Source of the DNA: Pseudomonas aeruginosa
GTDB lineage: Bacteria > Pseudomonadota > Gammaproteobacteria > Pseudomonadales > Pseudomonadaceae
Assembly (NCBI RefSeq): GCF_001457615.1
Contig: NZ_LN831024.1
Span: 6,180,001 to 6,212,000 of the forward strand
Length of the DNA stretch: 32,000 nt
Reading direction: 5' to 3'
The position numbers were made by a program, and so were the translations under genes. Below, in pieces: positions 7,880 through 17,787 of this stretch. The notes under the pieces were generated by a model. It had not been told where the DNA came from. It searched no databases and worked only from the letters and a program-made list of their open reading frames with translations. Numbering within the stretch: position 1 is the stretch's first letter; the number at the start of each line of letters is the position of its first letter.

Positions 7880-9022
7880 TCAGCCCTCCACGGCACGACG
7901 ATAGGCTGCAGCGGTGAGATTCGCGCAACGCTTCCAGGAAAACTGCTCCGCCCGTCGCAGGCCGGCTTCCCGGCAGCACTCCCAGTAGACGGTATCCTCG
8001 GTCATGCGGACCAGCATGTCAGATAGCCCATTGGCATCATCCGGGTCAATATAGCTGCCCGCCTCGCCGGCCACCTCCGGCATTGCGGAGAGTCGCGTGA
8101 GCAATACCGGCGTGCCGCTGGCCATGGCTTCCAGCACAGGCAGGCCGAAGCCTTCGTAGATCGAGGGGAAGACCAGCGCCCGAGCGCCCGACATCAACTC
8201 GGCGACCCGCTCGTCCGGCAGGTAGCCGAGCAGCCGCACCGTTCCCGAAGCCAGCGCCTGGCGCAGTTCGTCGTCGAGCGAGCGACTTTCCCATCCCGGC
8301 ATGCCGACGATCATCAGCGGAAAACGCTGGCGGACCGCCGCCGGCAGTTGCCCATGGGCGCGCAGGGCCAGCGACAGGTTCTTGCGCGGTTCGAGGGTTC
8401 CTACGCAGAGGAAATACCCGCGCGGCACCAGGCCATGCGCGCGCAAGGGCTCGCGCAGGGACTCCCGGTCCCGCGGACGGAACCGCGCGGCATGGCCGAG
8501 GGGCGCCACCACGAAGCGCTCGCGCGGCAGGCCGAAATACGCCTGCGCCTCGTCGGCGATCGCCTGCGAGTCGGTCAGGATCAACCGCGCCTTTTCCATC
8601 CCGCGCGCCAGCCGGCGTTCTATTTCGCGCAAGCGGGCGGCGGGTTGCGTCGCCGGATAATGCAGGTGGGTCAGGTCGTGCAGGGTCATCAGCATCGGCC
8701 CGTCGAAGTCCAGCGGCCAGAGACTGGGCTCATGGTAGAGATCGACCGGCGGCCGACCGCTATCGAAACGCCGCTGCTCCAGCCAGCGTCGTGCCCGGTA
8801 GGCTCCGGGCAGGTTGCGCAGCCAGGGCGACAGACGCGAATAGCCGGGCAGCGCCGCCGCCGGCAGGTCGCCGCTCCAGCCCCAGCCATGGAACAGGGAA
8901 AACTCGAAGTCCGCGTGCGCCTGCAACGCGCCCAGCAACTCGACCAGGTAATGCCCGATGCCGGTCCGCGGCGCCTGGAGAATCCGCGCGTTAACCGCAA
9001 TCCGCATGTACTGCCTCGCCAT
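7880..9022 (-). CDS. wbpY: CPA rhamnosyltransferase WbpY, GT4 family
   Basis: 380-aa ORF with GT4 motifs (RTGIGHY..., VFPSIYEGFGLPVLEAMASGTPVL). Its stop TGA (7882..7880) abuts the wbpZ ATG (7879). The internal ATG at 9007 (MRIAVNARIL...) has a better SD (GAGG 6 nt upstream), so the true start may be 9007. Confidence 0.9.
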   Translation of the reverse strand: MARQYMRIAVNARILQAPRTGIGHYLVELLGALQAHADFEFSLFHGWGWSGDLPAAALPGYSRLSPWLRNLPGAYRARRWLEQRRFDSGRPPVDLYHEPSLWPLDFDGPMLMTLHDLTHLHYPATQPAARLREIERRLARGMEKARLILTDSQAIADEAQAYFGLPRERFVVAPLGHAARFRPRDRESLREPLRAHGLVPRGYFLCVGTLEPRKNLSLALRAHGQLPAAVRQRFPLMIVGMPGWESRSLDDELRQALASGTVRLLGYLPDERVAELMSGARALVFPSIYEGFGLPVLEAMASGTPVLLTRLSAMPEVAGEAGSYIDPDDANGLSDMLVRMTEDTVYWECCREAGLRRAEQFSWKRCANLTAAAYRRAVEG

Positions 9023-10373
9023 GCGCCGGGGCCTTGCCGAGGGCGAGCAGGATCCGCGCGATCAGTTGCCGACTCGCCTCGTGCCAGCCGATCCAGCGCC
9101 ATTCGCCGACCGGTCGCTCGGCCGGGAACTCGCCCGTGGCTTCGAAGCGGGTGACCAGGTTCGCCAGGGTCTGCGGATCGGCGAGGTCGAAGTAGGCCAT
9201 GAATTCGCCGCCGATCTCGCGGAACACCGGGATGTCGCTGCCCATCGCCGGCAGGCCGCGCTGCATGGCCTCCACCAGCGGCAGGCCGAAACCTTCCACA
9301 TAGGACGGGAAGACCAGCGATGCGGCATGGGAGTATGCGTACTCCAGGCTCTTGTCGGAGAGGTCGTTGAACATGAACAGGCGCTTGTTCAGCTCCGGAT
9401 GCTGCCGCACCCGTTCCACCAGCGCCTCGCACTTCCAGCCGATGCGTCCGGCGATGCACAACCGCGCCTGCGAACCCTGGGCCCAGGCACGCTCGAAGGC
9501 ATCCAGCAGGTAACCGTGGTTCTTCCGCGGCTCGATGGTGCTGACCATCAGGAATACCGGCGCCTTGGCCTTGAACATGCGCAGCAGATCGGGCTCGACG
9601 GAGGCGCCGTCCTCCACCAGGTCCAGCTCCGAACCCAGGTGGAAATAATCGAACCAGCGTTGCGCGACCTTCTCCGGGCCGATGCGCCGCAGCATCTCCG
9701 CGCGCACTTCGTCGCGGATGGTCTCGGAAATCGCGACGTAGCCGTCGGCGGTGGCCGCGATCCAGTCGAACCAGTGGTTGAACACCTTGACCAGGCCGGC
9801 ATCGCAGAATTGCGGATGGGTCAGGGGAATCAGGTCGTAGATCACCGAGACGATGCCCACACCCTCGCTCTTGAGGCGTTCCGCCAGCGGGAAGAAATCG
9901 GCGTGCCAGGAGGAGTCCAGCAAGACCAGTTGGTCGCCGGCCCGATGTTCGAGCGGGGTCGCGCGCACGGGTGCAGGCTGCTGCTTGCCGAGGATGCGGT
10001 CGAGCAGGCGCAGCGGAATGCTGAGGAAGGCGAAGGCGAACAGGCGGCAGGCTACATAGAGAAGGCGCCGGGCCCACGGCGAGGAACGGAACGGGCGGCG
10101 CTTTTCCAGGGTGCGCTGGCCCAGCCAGAAGTAGTTGGCGGCTCGCTCCACCAGGATGCGCAGGCGTACCAGCGGCGAATGCGGCCGCGGGTCCAGCGGC
10201 GCCAGGCTGTGGACCTGATACAGGGTGCCGTCGAGCATTGCCACCGGGATGCACTCCACCGTCTCGTCGGCTTCCGGCAACTCGCGGATGACGTTGCGCA
10301 CCACCCGCTGAATACCAGAATTGACCTTGGGATGCTCGAACACATAGGTGCATTCGACCAACAGACGCGTCAT
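8991..10373 (-). CDS. wbpX: CPA rhamnosyltransferase WbpX, GT4 family
   Basis: The track shows an 888-aa ORF (8991..11657). Only the last 460 codons look like protein (MTRLLVECTYVFEHPKVNSGIQRVVRNV... to VFPSYVEGFGLPLVEAMQRGLP...). The ATG at 10373..10371 overlaps the wzt stop (ATGA). The upstream 428 codons are an R/P/G-rich out-of-frame read-through of wzt. Confidence 0.9.
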   Translation of the reverse strand: MTRLLVECTYVFEHPKVNSGIQRVVRNVIRELPEADETVECIPVAMLDGTLYQVHSLAPLDPRPHSPLVRLRILVERAANYFWLGQRTLEKRRPFRSSPWARRLLYVACRLFAFAFLSIPLRLLDRILGKQQPAPVRATPLEHRAGDQLVLLDSSWHADFFPLAERLKSEGVGIVSVIYDLIPLTHPQFCDAGLVKVFNHWFDWIAATADGYVAISETIRDEVRAEMLRRIGPEKVAQRWFDYFHLGSELDLVEDGASVEPDLLRMFKAKAPVFLMVSTIEPRKNHGYLLDAFERAWAQGSQARLCIAGRIGWKCEALVERVRQHPELNKRLFMFNDLSDKSLEYAYSHAASLVFPSYVEGFGLPLVEAMQRGLPAMGSDIPVFREIGGEFMAYFDLADPQTLANLVTRFEATGEFPAERPVGEWRWIGWHEASRQLIARILLALGKAPAHGEAVHADCG

Positions 10374-11635
10374 GGAGTGCTCTCCGCGGAAGTGGGGTCC
10401 AGAGCCGCCTCGCCGGAGCGGCTGATATGGGTTTCGGCGCCCAGCCAGGAGCAACCGACGAAGTCTTCCTGGCGGTTGTTGATGACATGGAAGACCAGGC
10501 CGTAGTCGCGCCATTCGAAGTTGCGGTCCAGGTGCGAGTCCAGCCGCGACAGGCTCAGCGCCACCGAGTAGTGCCCCTTGCCCAGGCGCATGTCGAAGGC
10601 GAAGCGGTAGGTGATGCGCTCGCCGGCCTTCAGGTCGGTGAGGGCCTTGTCCAGGCGGTGGGTATTGATCCCGTACATCGGTTGGCCGAGGCGGTCCTTG
10701 ATCATGAAGCCGAGGATCAGCCGCTCGATGTCCTGGCGAACTTCGACTTCGACTTCCAGCGTCACCGCCTGGCCTACCTCGACCACCTCCAGCGCGCGCT
10801 GCCGCTGGTCGACCATCCGTACGTCGAGGATCGCTGCCTCGCCAGTGCCGGAAATCGTCCGCACCTGGCCGTCGGCGAGCATTTCCTGGCGCACGGTCTG
10901 CCCCTCGCGCTCGGCGAGCAGGGCGTTGTAGTAGTCCATCACCTCTTCCGGCCGCCCGCGCATGGCCATCCGTCCCTGCTCCAGGAGGATCGCGGAGTCG
11001 CAGATGGACTGGATCGCCGAGCGGTCGTGGGAAACGATCAGCAGGGTGGTGCCGGCCTTGCGGAAACTGCGGATGCGCTCGAAGCTCTTGTGCTGGAAAT
11101 AGGCATCGCCAACCGACAGGGCCTCGTCGACGATCAGGATGTCCGGCCGCCGGGCAGTCGCCACGCTGAACGCCAGGCGCATCTGCATGCCGCTGGAGTA
11201 GGTGCGCACCGGTTGCTCGATGGCCTCGCCGATTTCGGCGAAGGCCTCGATATCCGGCATCAGCGCCTGGATTTCCTCGACCTGCATGCCCAGCAATTGC
11301 CCGGCCATGAAGACGTTCTGCCGGCCGGTGAAGTCCGGGTGGAAGCCCATGCCCAGCTCGAGCAGCGCGGCGACCCGGCCGGCCACGCGGATCTCGCCGC
11401 AGGTCGGCTGGGTGGTGCCGGCGATCATCTTCAGCAAGGTGCTCTTGCCGGCGCCGTTGACCCCGACGATGCCGACCGCTTCGCCCGGCTCGATGGTGAA
11501 CTCGACCTCGCGCAGGATCCAGTGCAGGTGGTGGCGCGGAGGGCTGAAAGGCACCAGCCATTCGAACAACCGGCTCCAGCGATTGGGATACTGCTTGTAG
11601 GCCTTGCCGAGGCCGGATACGCGTATCTGTCCCAT
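10370..11635 (-). CDS. wzt: O-antigen/CPA ABC exporter ATP-binding protein Wzt with C-terminal carbohydrate-binding domain
   Basis: 421 aa with Walker A GVNGAGKST, signature YSSGMQMRLAFS and Walker B ILIVDEALSVGD. A roughly 170-aa beta-rich C-terminal extension, typical of Wzt_C glycan-terminus-binding modules, follows. Confidence 0.95.
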   Translation of the reverse strand: MGQIRVSGLGKAYKQYPNRWSRLFEWLVPFSPPRHHLHWILREVEFTIEPGEAVGIVGVNGAGKSTLLKMIAGTTQPTCGEIRVAGRVAALLELGMGFHPDFTGRQNVFMAGQLLGMQVEEIQALMPDIEAFAEIGEAIEQPVRTYSSGMQMRLAFSVATARRPDILIVDEALSVGDAYFQHKSFERIRSFRKAGTTLLIVSHDRSAIQSICDSAILLEQGRMAMRGRPEEVMDYYNALLAEREGQTVRQEMLADGQVRTISGTGEAAILDVRMVDQRQRALEVVEVGQAVTLEVEVEVRQDIERLILGFMIKDRLGQPMYGINTHRLDKALTDLKAGERITYRFAFDMRLGKGHYSVALSLSRLDSHLDRNFEWRDYGLVFHVINNRQEDFVGCSWLGAETHISRSGEAALDPTSAESTP

Positions 11636-12432
11636 CAGAGTTCATCCACCATTTCACCGACCCGCTGGCGGAACAGACGCAGGCCGAGCGCGCACAGCAG
11701 CAGCGCCAGCAGGGTGATCGGCAGCAATGAAGGCCAGTCCGGCCATTGCCCGTGGAGGAACAGCTGCTGGTAGCTGCGCATCAGCGCGGTCATCGGGTTG
11801 AGTTCGATCAGCGAGCGGATACCCTCGGGCAGGATGCCGATCGGATAGACGATCGGCGTCAGCCAGAACCAGAACTGCAGGCAGATGCCGAACAACTGGC
11901 CGACGTCGCGGAAGAACACGTTGAGCACCCCGAGGATCATCCCCAGTCCCGCCGCGAACAGCACCTGGATCGCCAGCAGCGGCACCAGCGCGAGCAATGC
12001 CGCGCCCGGCAGGCGCCCGCTGAGTGCGAGAAAGCCGAGGAACAAGGCGAGGATGATGGCGAAATTGACCCCGGCGTTGAGCAGTACGATGACCGGCAGG
12101 CAGATGCGCGGGAAGCTGATCTTCTTCAGCAGGTTGGCGTTCTCGATGAACATGCTCTGGCTGCGCGAGGTGATTTCCGCGAACAGGCCCCAGGTCAGCA
12201 GGCCGGCGCAGAGATAGACGCTGTAGGCCAGGCCGTCGTCGACCCCCGGCAGGCGCGCGCGCATCACCTGGGAGAAGATCACCGTGTAGACGACGATCAT
12301 CGACAGCGGATTGAGCACCGTCCACAACGCGCCGAACAGCGACCCGCGGTAGCGCGACTGGAACTCGCGCTTGACGCTGCCGAGAACGAAGCCACGATAG
12401 CCCCACAAGGAACGAGACAAGCCAAGAAGCAT
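11635..12432 (-). CDS. wzm: O-antigen/CPA ABC exporter permease Wzm (ABC-2 type)
   Basis: 265 aa with six predicted TM helices. ABC-2 permease N-terminus (LWGYRGFVLGSVKREFQSRYRGSLFGALWTVLNPL). One-nt stop/start overlaps (TGATG) with wbpW upstream and wzt downstream. Confidence 0.95.
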   Translation of the reverse strand: MLLGLSRSLWGYRGFVLGSVKREFQSRYRGSLFGALWTVLNPLSMIVVYTVIFSQVMRARLPGVDDGLAYSVYLCAGLLTWGLFAEITSRSQSMFIENANLLKKISFPRICLPVIVLLNAGVNFAIILALFLGFLALSGRLPGAALLALVPLLAIQVLFAAGLGMILGVLNVFFRDVGQLFGICLQFWFWLTPIVYPIGILPEGIRSLIELNPMTALMRSYQQLFLHGQWPDWPSLLPITLLALLLCALGLRLFRQRVGEMVDEL

Positions 12433-13871
12433 CAGACCACCCTGCCGTACTGGTCCTCGAAGCGGACGATGTCGTCCTCTCCCAGGTATTCGCCGCTCTG
12501 CACCTCGATCATCACCAGGTCGATGACCCCCGGGTTTTCCAGGCGATGCCGGTGGCCCGCGGGAATGTAGGTCGACTCGTTGCTGTTGACCAGCCGCGCG
12601 CCATCGCCATTGGTGACCCTGGCCATGCCTTGCACCACGATCCAGTGCTCGCTGCGGTGATGGTGCATCTGCAGCGACAAGCGCTCTCCCGGCCTGACCA
12701 CGATTCGCTTGATCTTGAAGCGCGGCCCCTCCTCGAGGACGGTATAGCTGCCCCAGGGACGGTTGACGGTCCGATGCAGCCGATAGGCCTCGTGCCGCTC
12801 GTCCTTCAGCCGCTGCACCACCCTGCGCACCTCCTGGACCCGGTCGGCGCGGGCGATCAGCAGCGCATCGGAAGTATCCACCACGACCAGGTCGTCGACC
12901 CCGACCGTGGCGACCAGGCGCCCGTCGCTCTGCACGAAGGTGTTACGGGTGTCGACGAACAGGGTGTCGCCGCTGCCGCGATTGCCCTCTGCGTCCGCGT
13001 CGAGCAGCGCGCTCATCGCGCCCCAGGAACCGATATCGCTCCAGTCGAAGGCCGCCGGCACCACGGCGACCCGCGCGGAGCGCTCCATCAGCGCATAGTC
13101 GATGGAAATGTCCGGCAGCGCGGCGAAGGCTTCGCCCGCCAGCTCATGCTGGATGCCATCGGCCATCTTCACCGCCGCACTGGCGGCCAGGCAGGCCCTG
13201 GCCTGCTCCAGCAGGGCCGGGGCATGCCGCGCCAGCTCGTCGACCAGGGTCGAGGCCGTGAAACAGAACATCCCGGAGTTCCACAGGAAACCGCCACTTT
13301 CCACGTAGCGACGGGCGGTTTCCTCATCGGGTTTCTCGACGAAGCGGCGCACCTTGGCCGCCCCCTGCTCGTCCAGCCGGTCGCCCAGCTCGATATAGCC
13401 GAAACCGGTTTCCGCTGCATCCGGCACCACGCCGAAGGTAACCAGGTGCCCGGCGACGGCGAGACGCGCGGCATGCCCCACCGCCTCGCGGAAGGCCTCC
13501 TCGTTGCGGATCAGGTGATCCGCCGGCATCACCACCAGTACCGCCGCGTCGCCATGTTCGGCTTGCAGCGCCAGGGCGGCGACGGCAATCGCCGGAGCGG
13601 TGTTGCGTCCGGTCGGTTCGAGGATGAAATGTCCCCGATGCCGCCCCAGGCGGGCCGCCTGGAACTGGTCCTTGCTCTGGAAGTAATGCTCACGGTTGGT
13701 CACCGTGACGATTTCGCCATGCCCGGCCAGGAGCCCGGCGGCACGTCGGTAGGTCTTGCCCAGCAGGGTCTGGCCATCGGGCAGGCGCATGAACGGCTTC
13801 GGCTGTCCTTCACGCGACACCGGCCAAAGGCGGGTACCGGCGCCGCCGGAAAGCACCACGGGAATCAGCAT
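12432..13871 (-). CDS. wbpW: Bifunctional mannose-6-phosphate isomerase / GDP-mannose pyrophosphorylase WbpW
   Basis: 479 aa. N-terminal nucleotidyltransferase motif VVLSGGAGTRLWPVSR and a C-terminal cupin PMI domain (RPWGSYTVLEEGPRFKIKRIVVRPGERLSLQMHHHRSEHWIVV). Confidence 0.93.
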   Translation of the reverse strand: MLIPVVLSGGAGTRLWPVSREGQPKPFMRLPDGQTLLGKTYRRAAGLLAGHGEIVTVTNREHYFQSKDQFQAARLGRHRGHFILEPTGRNTAPAIAVAALALQAEHGDAAVLVVMPADHLIRNEEAFREAVGHAARLAVAGHLVTFGVVPDAAETGFGYIELGDRLDEQGAAKVRRFVEKPDEETARRYVESGGFLWNSGMFCFTASTLVDELARHAPALLEQARACLAASAAVKMADGIQHELAGEAFAALPDISIDYALMERSARVAVVPAAFDWSDIGSWGAMSALLDADAEGNRGSGDTLFVDTRNTFVQSDGRLVATVGVDDLVVVDTSDALLIARADRVQEVRRVVQRLKDERHEAYRLHRTVNRPWGSYTVLEEGPRFKIKRIVVRPGERLSLQMHHHRSEHWIVVQGMARVTNGDGARLVNSNESTYIPAGHRHRLENPGVIDLVMIEVQSGEYLGEDDIVRFEDQYGRVV

Positions 13872-13874
13872 GGC

Positions 13875-15757
<1,883 letters not shown>

Positions 15758-16008
15758 GGAAGCGGGCCTTTTATCTGATGCTACGCTCGGCGACGCTCTT
15801 CCTAGGAATACGACGTTCCAGAGGTCATGCCGGATAGCGTGTTGTTCTGATTATCGCGCTCCAATCTGTGCCAAGAATGCGCCGATTTCAACCGCTTATT
15901 CGTGACCGGTAGGTTCTCATTCGAACGGCATGACGTTTTCTCCGTCAGCCTTCACGTTTTTGCGAAAGGTATGTTTAGAATGCCTCTCGATTTCGTGCTT
16001 GACTGCCT

Positions 16009-16052
16009 CCTGTTCTGTTGATCGAACAGGTCGCGGTCGCGATAACAGAACA
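16009..16052. promoter_or_regulatory. Nested inverted repeats in the divergent rmd / glycosyltransferase control region (candidate operator or 5'-UTR structure)
   Basis: CCTGTTC (16009-16015) pairs with GAACAGG (16024-16030). Alternatively, TGTTCTGTT (16011-16019) pairs with AACAGAACA (16044-16052). A tandem GTCGCG GTCGCG lies between them. The site is just downstream of a TTGACT hexamer (15999-16004) and about 110 nt upstream of the ATG at 16165. Confidence 0.3.
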
Positions 16053-16164
16053 AGAACACGATGGGTCGACCAGTCCGCCGGGAAGGCTTCCGGACAACGA
16101 AGCAGCGCCTGGCCTCGCTCATCACCACCAAGCTGTCGAACGGGCAGTTTCATCACGAGATGCC

Positions 16165-17787
16165 ATGAATTTCATCCTTTACTCGGATATCAACGAGCGC
16201 TCGATCGGCCACAACCTCGGTCGCCCCGAATACAGCTACTACTTCGTCCTCAAGGCCTACCGGCCAATCCTCGAATCGCTGGGACAGGTCCACCTGGTAC
16301 AGAGCACGGACGAAGTCGACCCGCTCTACCGGCAACTGCATGAACAGGGCGAAGACTGCCTGTTCCTCTCCTTCACCCCGCCGCACAAGGCGGCGCGGGG
16401 CCTGCAATGCCCGATGCTGTGCGTGGTCGCCTGGGAGTTCGAGTCGATTCCCGACGTGGCGTGGGACGGCGATCCGGCGCAGGACTGGAGCCAGGTCCTG
16501 GCCGGCCATGGCGCAGCCATCACCCTCTCCGAGCAGACTGCCCGCGCGGTTCGCCGGGTGCTGGGCGAAGACTTTCCGGTACTGGTGCTGCCGACGCCGA
16601 TCTGGGAGGACTTCGCCGCGATCCGCCAGCAAGGCGAACGGAATCCGGTCAAGTCCGGCGAGACCCTGCAACTCAAGGGCTGCGTCATCGACAGCCGCCT
16701 GCTGGGCCTTTCCGCCGACGGCCTCATCGCACCGATCAGGGAAGAGACCGAGGACGAGATCCTCGAGGTCCTCCCCGAGACGCCCGCCGAGCCCGAGCCC
16801 GAACCGGTCCCTGAGCCAGAACCAGAGCCGGTTCCTCTCGACTGGAGGCGCCGACTGGTCATCAGCAAGCACTACCTGCTGCTGTGGTACCGGGAAGCCG
16901 TCAGCGACCTGGTACCCATACCGGTACGCCGCTGGCTGTTCCGTCACCTGCGCCGGCCGCTGCCGCCCCCGCCAACGGCGCTGGAAACGCTGCCGGAGCC
17001 ATTGCCCCAGGCCATCGAGCCGATGCCGCCCGCCGAGCCCGAGCATCCGCCGGCGCTGCTGCCGGACGTCGACCAGCACCAGCAGGTCGTCGTGGACGGG
17101 GTGGTCTACGTCTCGGTGTTCAATCCGCTGGACGGGCGCAAGAACTGGCATCAGCTGATCACCGCCTTCTGCTGGGCATTCCGCGACACCAGCGATGCCA
17201 CGCTGGTGCTGAAGATGACCCAGAGCGACCTGACGACCTACCACGTCGAACTGCTCACCCTGCTTTCCCAACTGTCGCCATTCGCCTGCCGGGTCATCGC
17301 CCTGCACGGCTATCTCGATGCCGCGGAGTACGCCCGCCTGTACGGAGCCGCCAGCTACTACGTGAACGCCTCGCGCTGCGAGGGCCTGTGCCTGCCGCTG
17401 ATGGAATTCATGTCCTGCGGCACCCCGGCGATCGCTCCGGACCATTCGGCGATGGCCGACTACATGGACGCCCAGGTGGGCTTCGTGGTCCGCTCCAGCC
17501 AGGAGCCCGCGGCCTGGCCGCAGGATTCGCGCCGGTTGTACAGCACCCGGCGCTACCGGCCGAGCTGGGAGTCCCTGAAGGAGGCCTACCTGGAGAGCTA
17601 CCGGGTAGCCCGGGAACAGCCGGAGCGCTATCGGCAACTGTCCGCCGCGGCCAACCAACGCATGCGCGGCTACTGCGCCGGCGACGTGGTCCGCCAGCGC
17701 CTGGAACCCTTCCTTTCCGCCCGCAAGGCAACCCCTGCGCCCGGCGTCGAACTGGCGGCCACCGCCACAGGCAACGTTCCATGCTGA
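16165..17787 (+). CDS. CPA-associated glycosyltransferase (GT4-like), paralog A, with a Pro/Glu-rich insertion
   Basis: The track ORF starts at 16018. I place the start at ATG 16165 (MNFILYSDINERSIGHNLGRPEYSYYFVLK) because it aligns residue-for-residue with the N-terminus of the downstream paralog. The C-terminal half carries a GT4-like block (NASRCEGLCLPLMEFMSCGTPAIAP). From memory it corresponds to the first of five genes downstream of rmd reported as needed for normal CPA. Confidence 0.8.
   Translation: MNFILYSDINERSIGHNLGRPEYSYYFVLKAYRPILESLGQVHLVQSTDEVDPLYRQLHEQGEDCLFLSFTPPHKAARGLQCPMLCVVAWEFESIPDVAWDGDPAQDWSQVLAGHGAAITLSEQTARAVRRVLGEDFPVLVLPTPIWEDFAAIRQQGERNPVKSGETLQLKGCVIDSRLLGLSADGLIAPIREETEDEILEVLPETPAEPEPEPVPEPEPEPVPLDWRRRLVISKHYLLLWYREAVSDLVPIPVRRWLFRHLRRPLPPPPTALETLPEPLPQAIEPMPPAEPEHPPALLPDVDQHQQVVVDGVVYVSVFNPLDGRKNWHQLITAFCWAFRDTSDATLVLKMTQSDLTTYHVELLTLLSQLSPFACRVIALHGYLDAAEYARLYGAASYYVNASRCEGLCLPLMEFMSCGTPAIAPDHSAMADYMDAQVGFVVRSSQEPAAWPQDSRRLYSTRRYRPSWESLKEAYLESYRVAREQPERYRQLSAAANQRMRGYCAGDVVRQRLEPFLSARKATPAPGVELAATATGNVPC
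16789..16836 (+). repeat. Imperfect 24-nt tandem duplication encoding (EPEPEPVP)x2
   Basis: GAGCCCGAGCCCGAACCGGTCCCT (16789-16812) is followed by GAGCCAGAACCAGAGCCGGTTCCT (16813-16836). The peptide is identical and the differences are synonymous. Confidence 0.8.

Noticed and set aside
10374-11657. N-terminal 428 codons of the 888-aa ORF 8991..11657 (-), which would make a giant WbpX
   Set aside because: This part is an R/P/G-rich out-of-frame reading of wzt. The WbpX-like sequence begins at the ATG at 10373, which overlaps the wzt stop.
15858-15873. Sigma54-like TGGCAC (reverse strand, 15873..15868) upstream of rmd
   Set aside because: The downstream element reads AGATT-GGAGC, so the GG-to-GC spacing is N11 rather than the strict N10, and there is no TTGC at -12.
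15917-16156. 79-aa minus-strand ORF inside the rmd / glycosyltransferase intergenic region
   Set aside because: About half of its third codon positions are A/T (many CGA, GTT, CTT, AAA, GAA codons). This is very atypical for genes of this genome. It has no SD and no recognisable motif, so it is probably non-coding.
16018-16164. Upstream in-frame extensions of real genes in the ORF track: 16018-16164, 16884-17780, 18704-19078, 20739-21074, 22310-22381, 22969-23145, 25637-26971, 25962-26030, 25964-26029 (-), 30324-30563 (-) and 31460-31519 (-)
   Set aside because: The extensions overlap the preceding gene or are low-complexity. Paralog alignment, signal-peptide position, SD sequences and ATGA-type overlaps all support the shorter starts used in the feature list.
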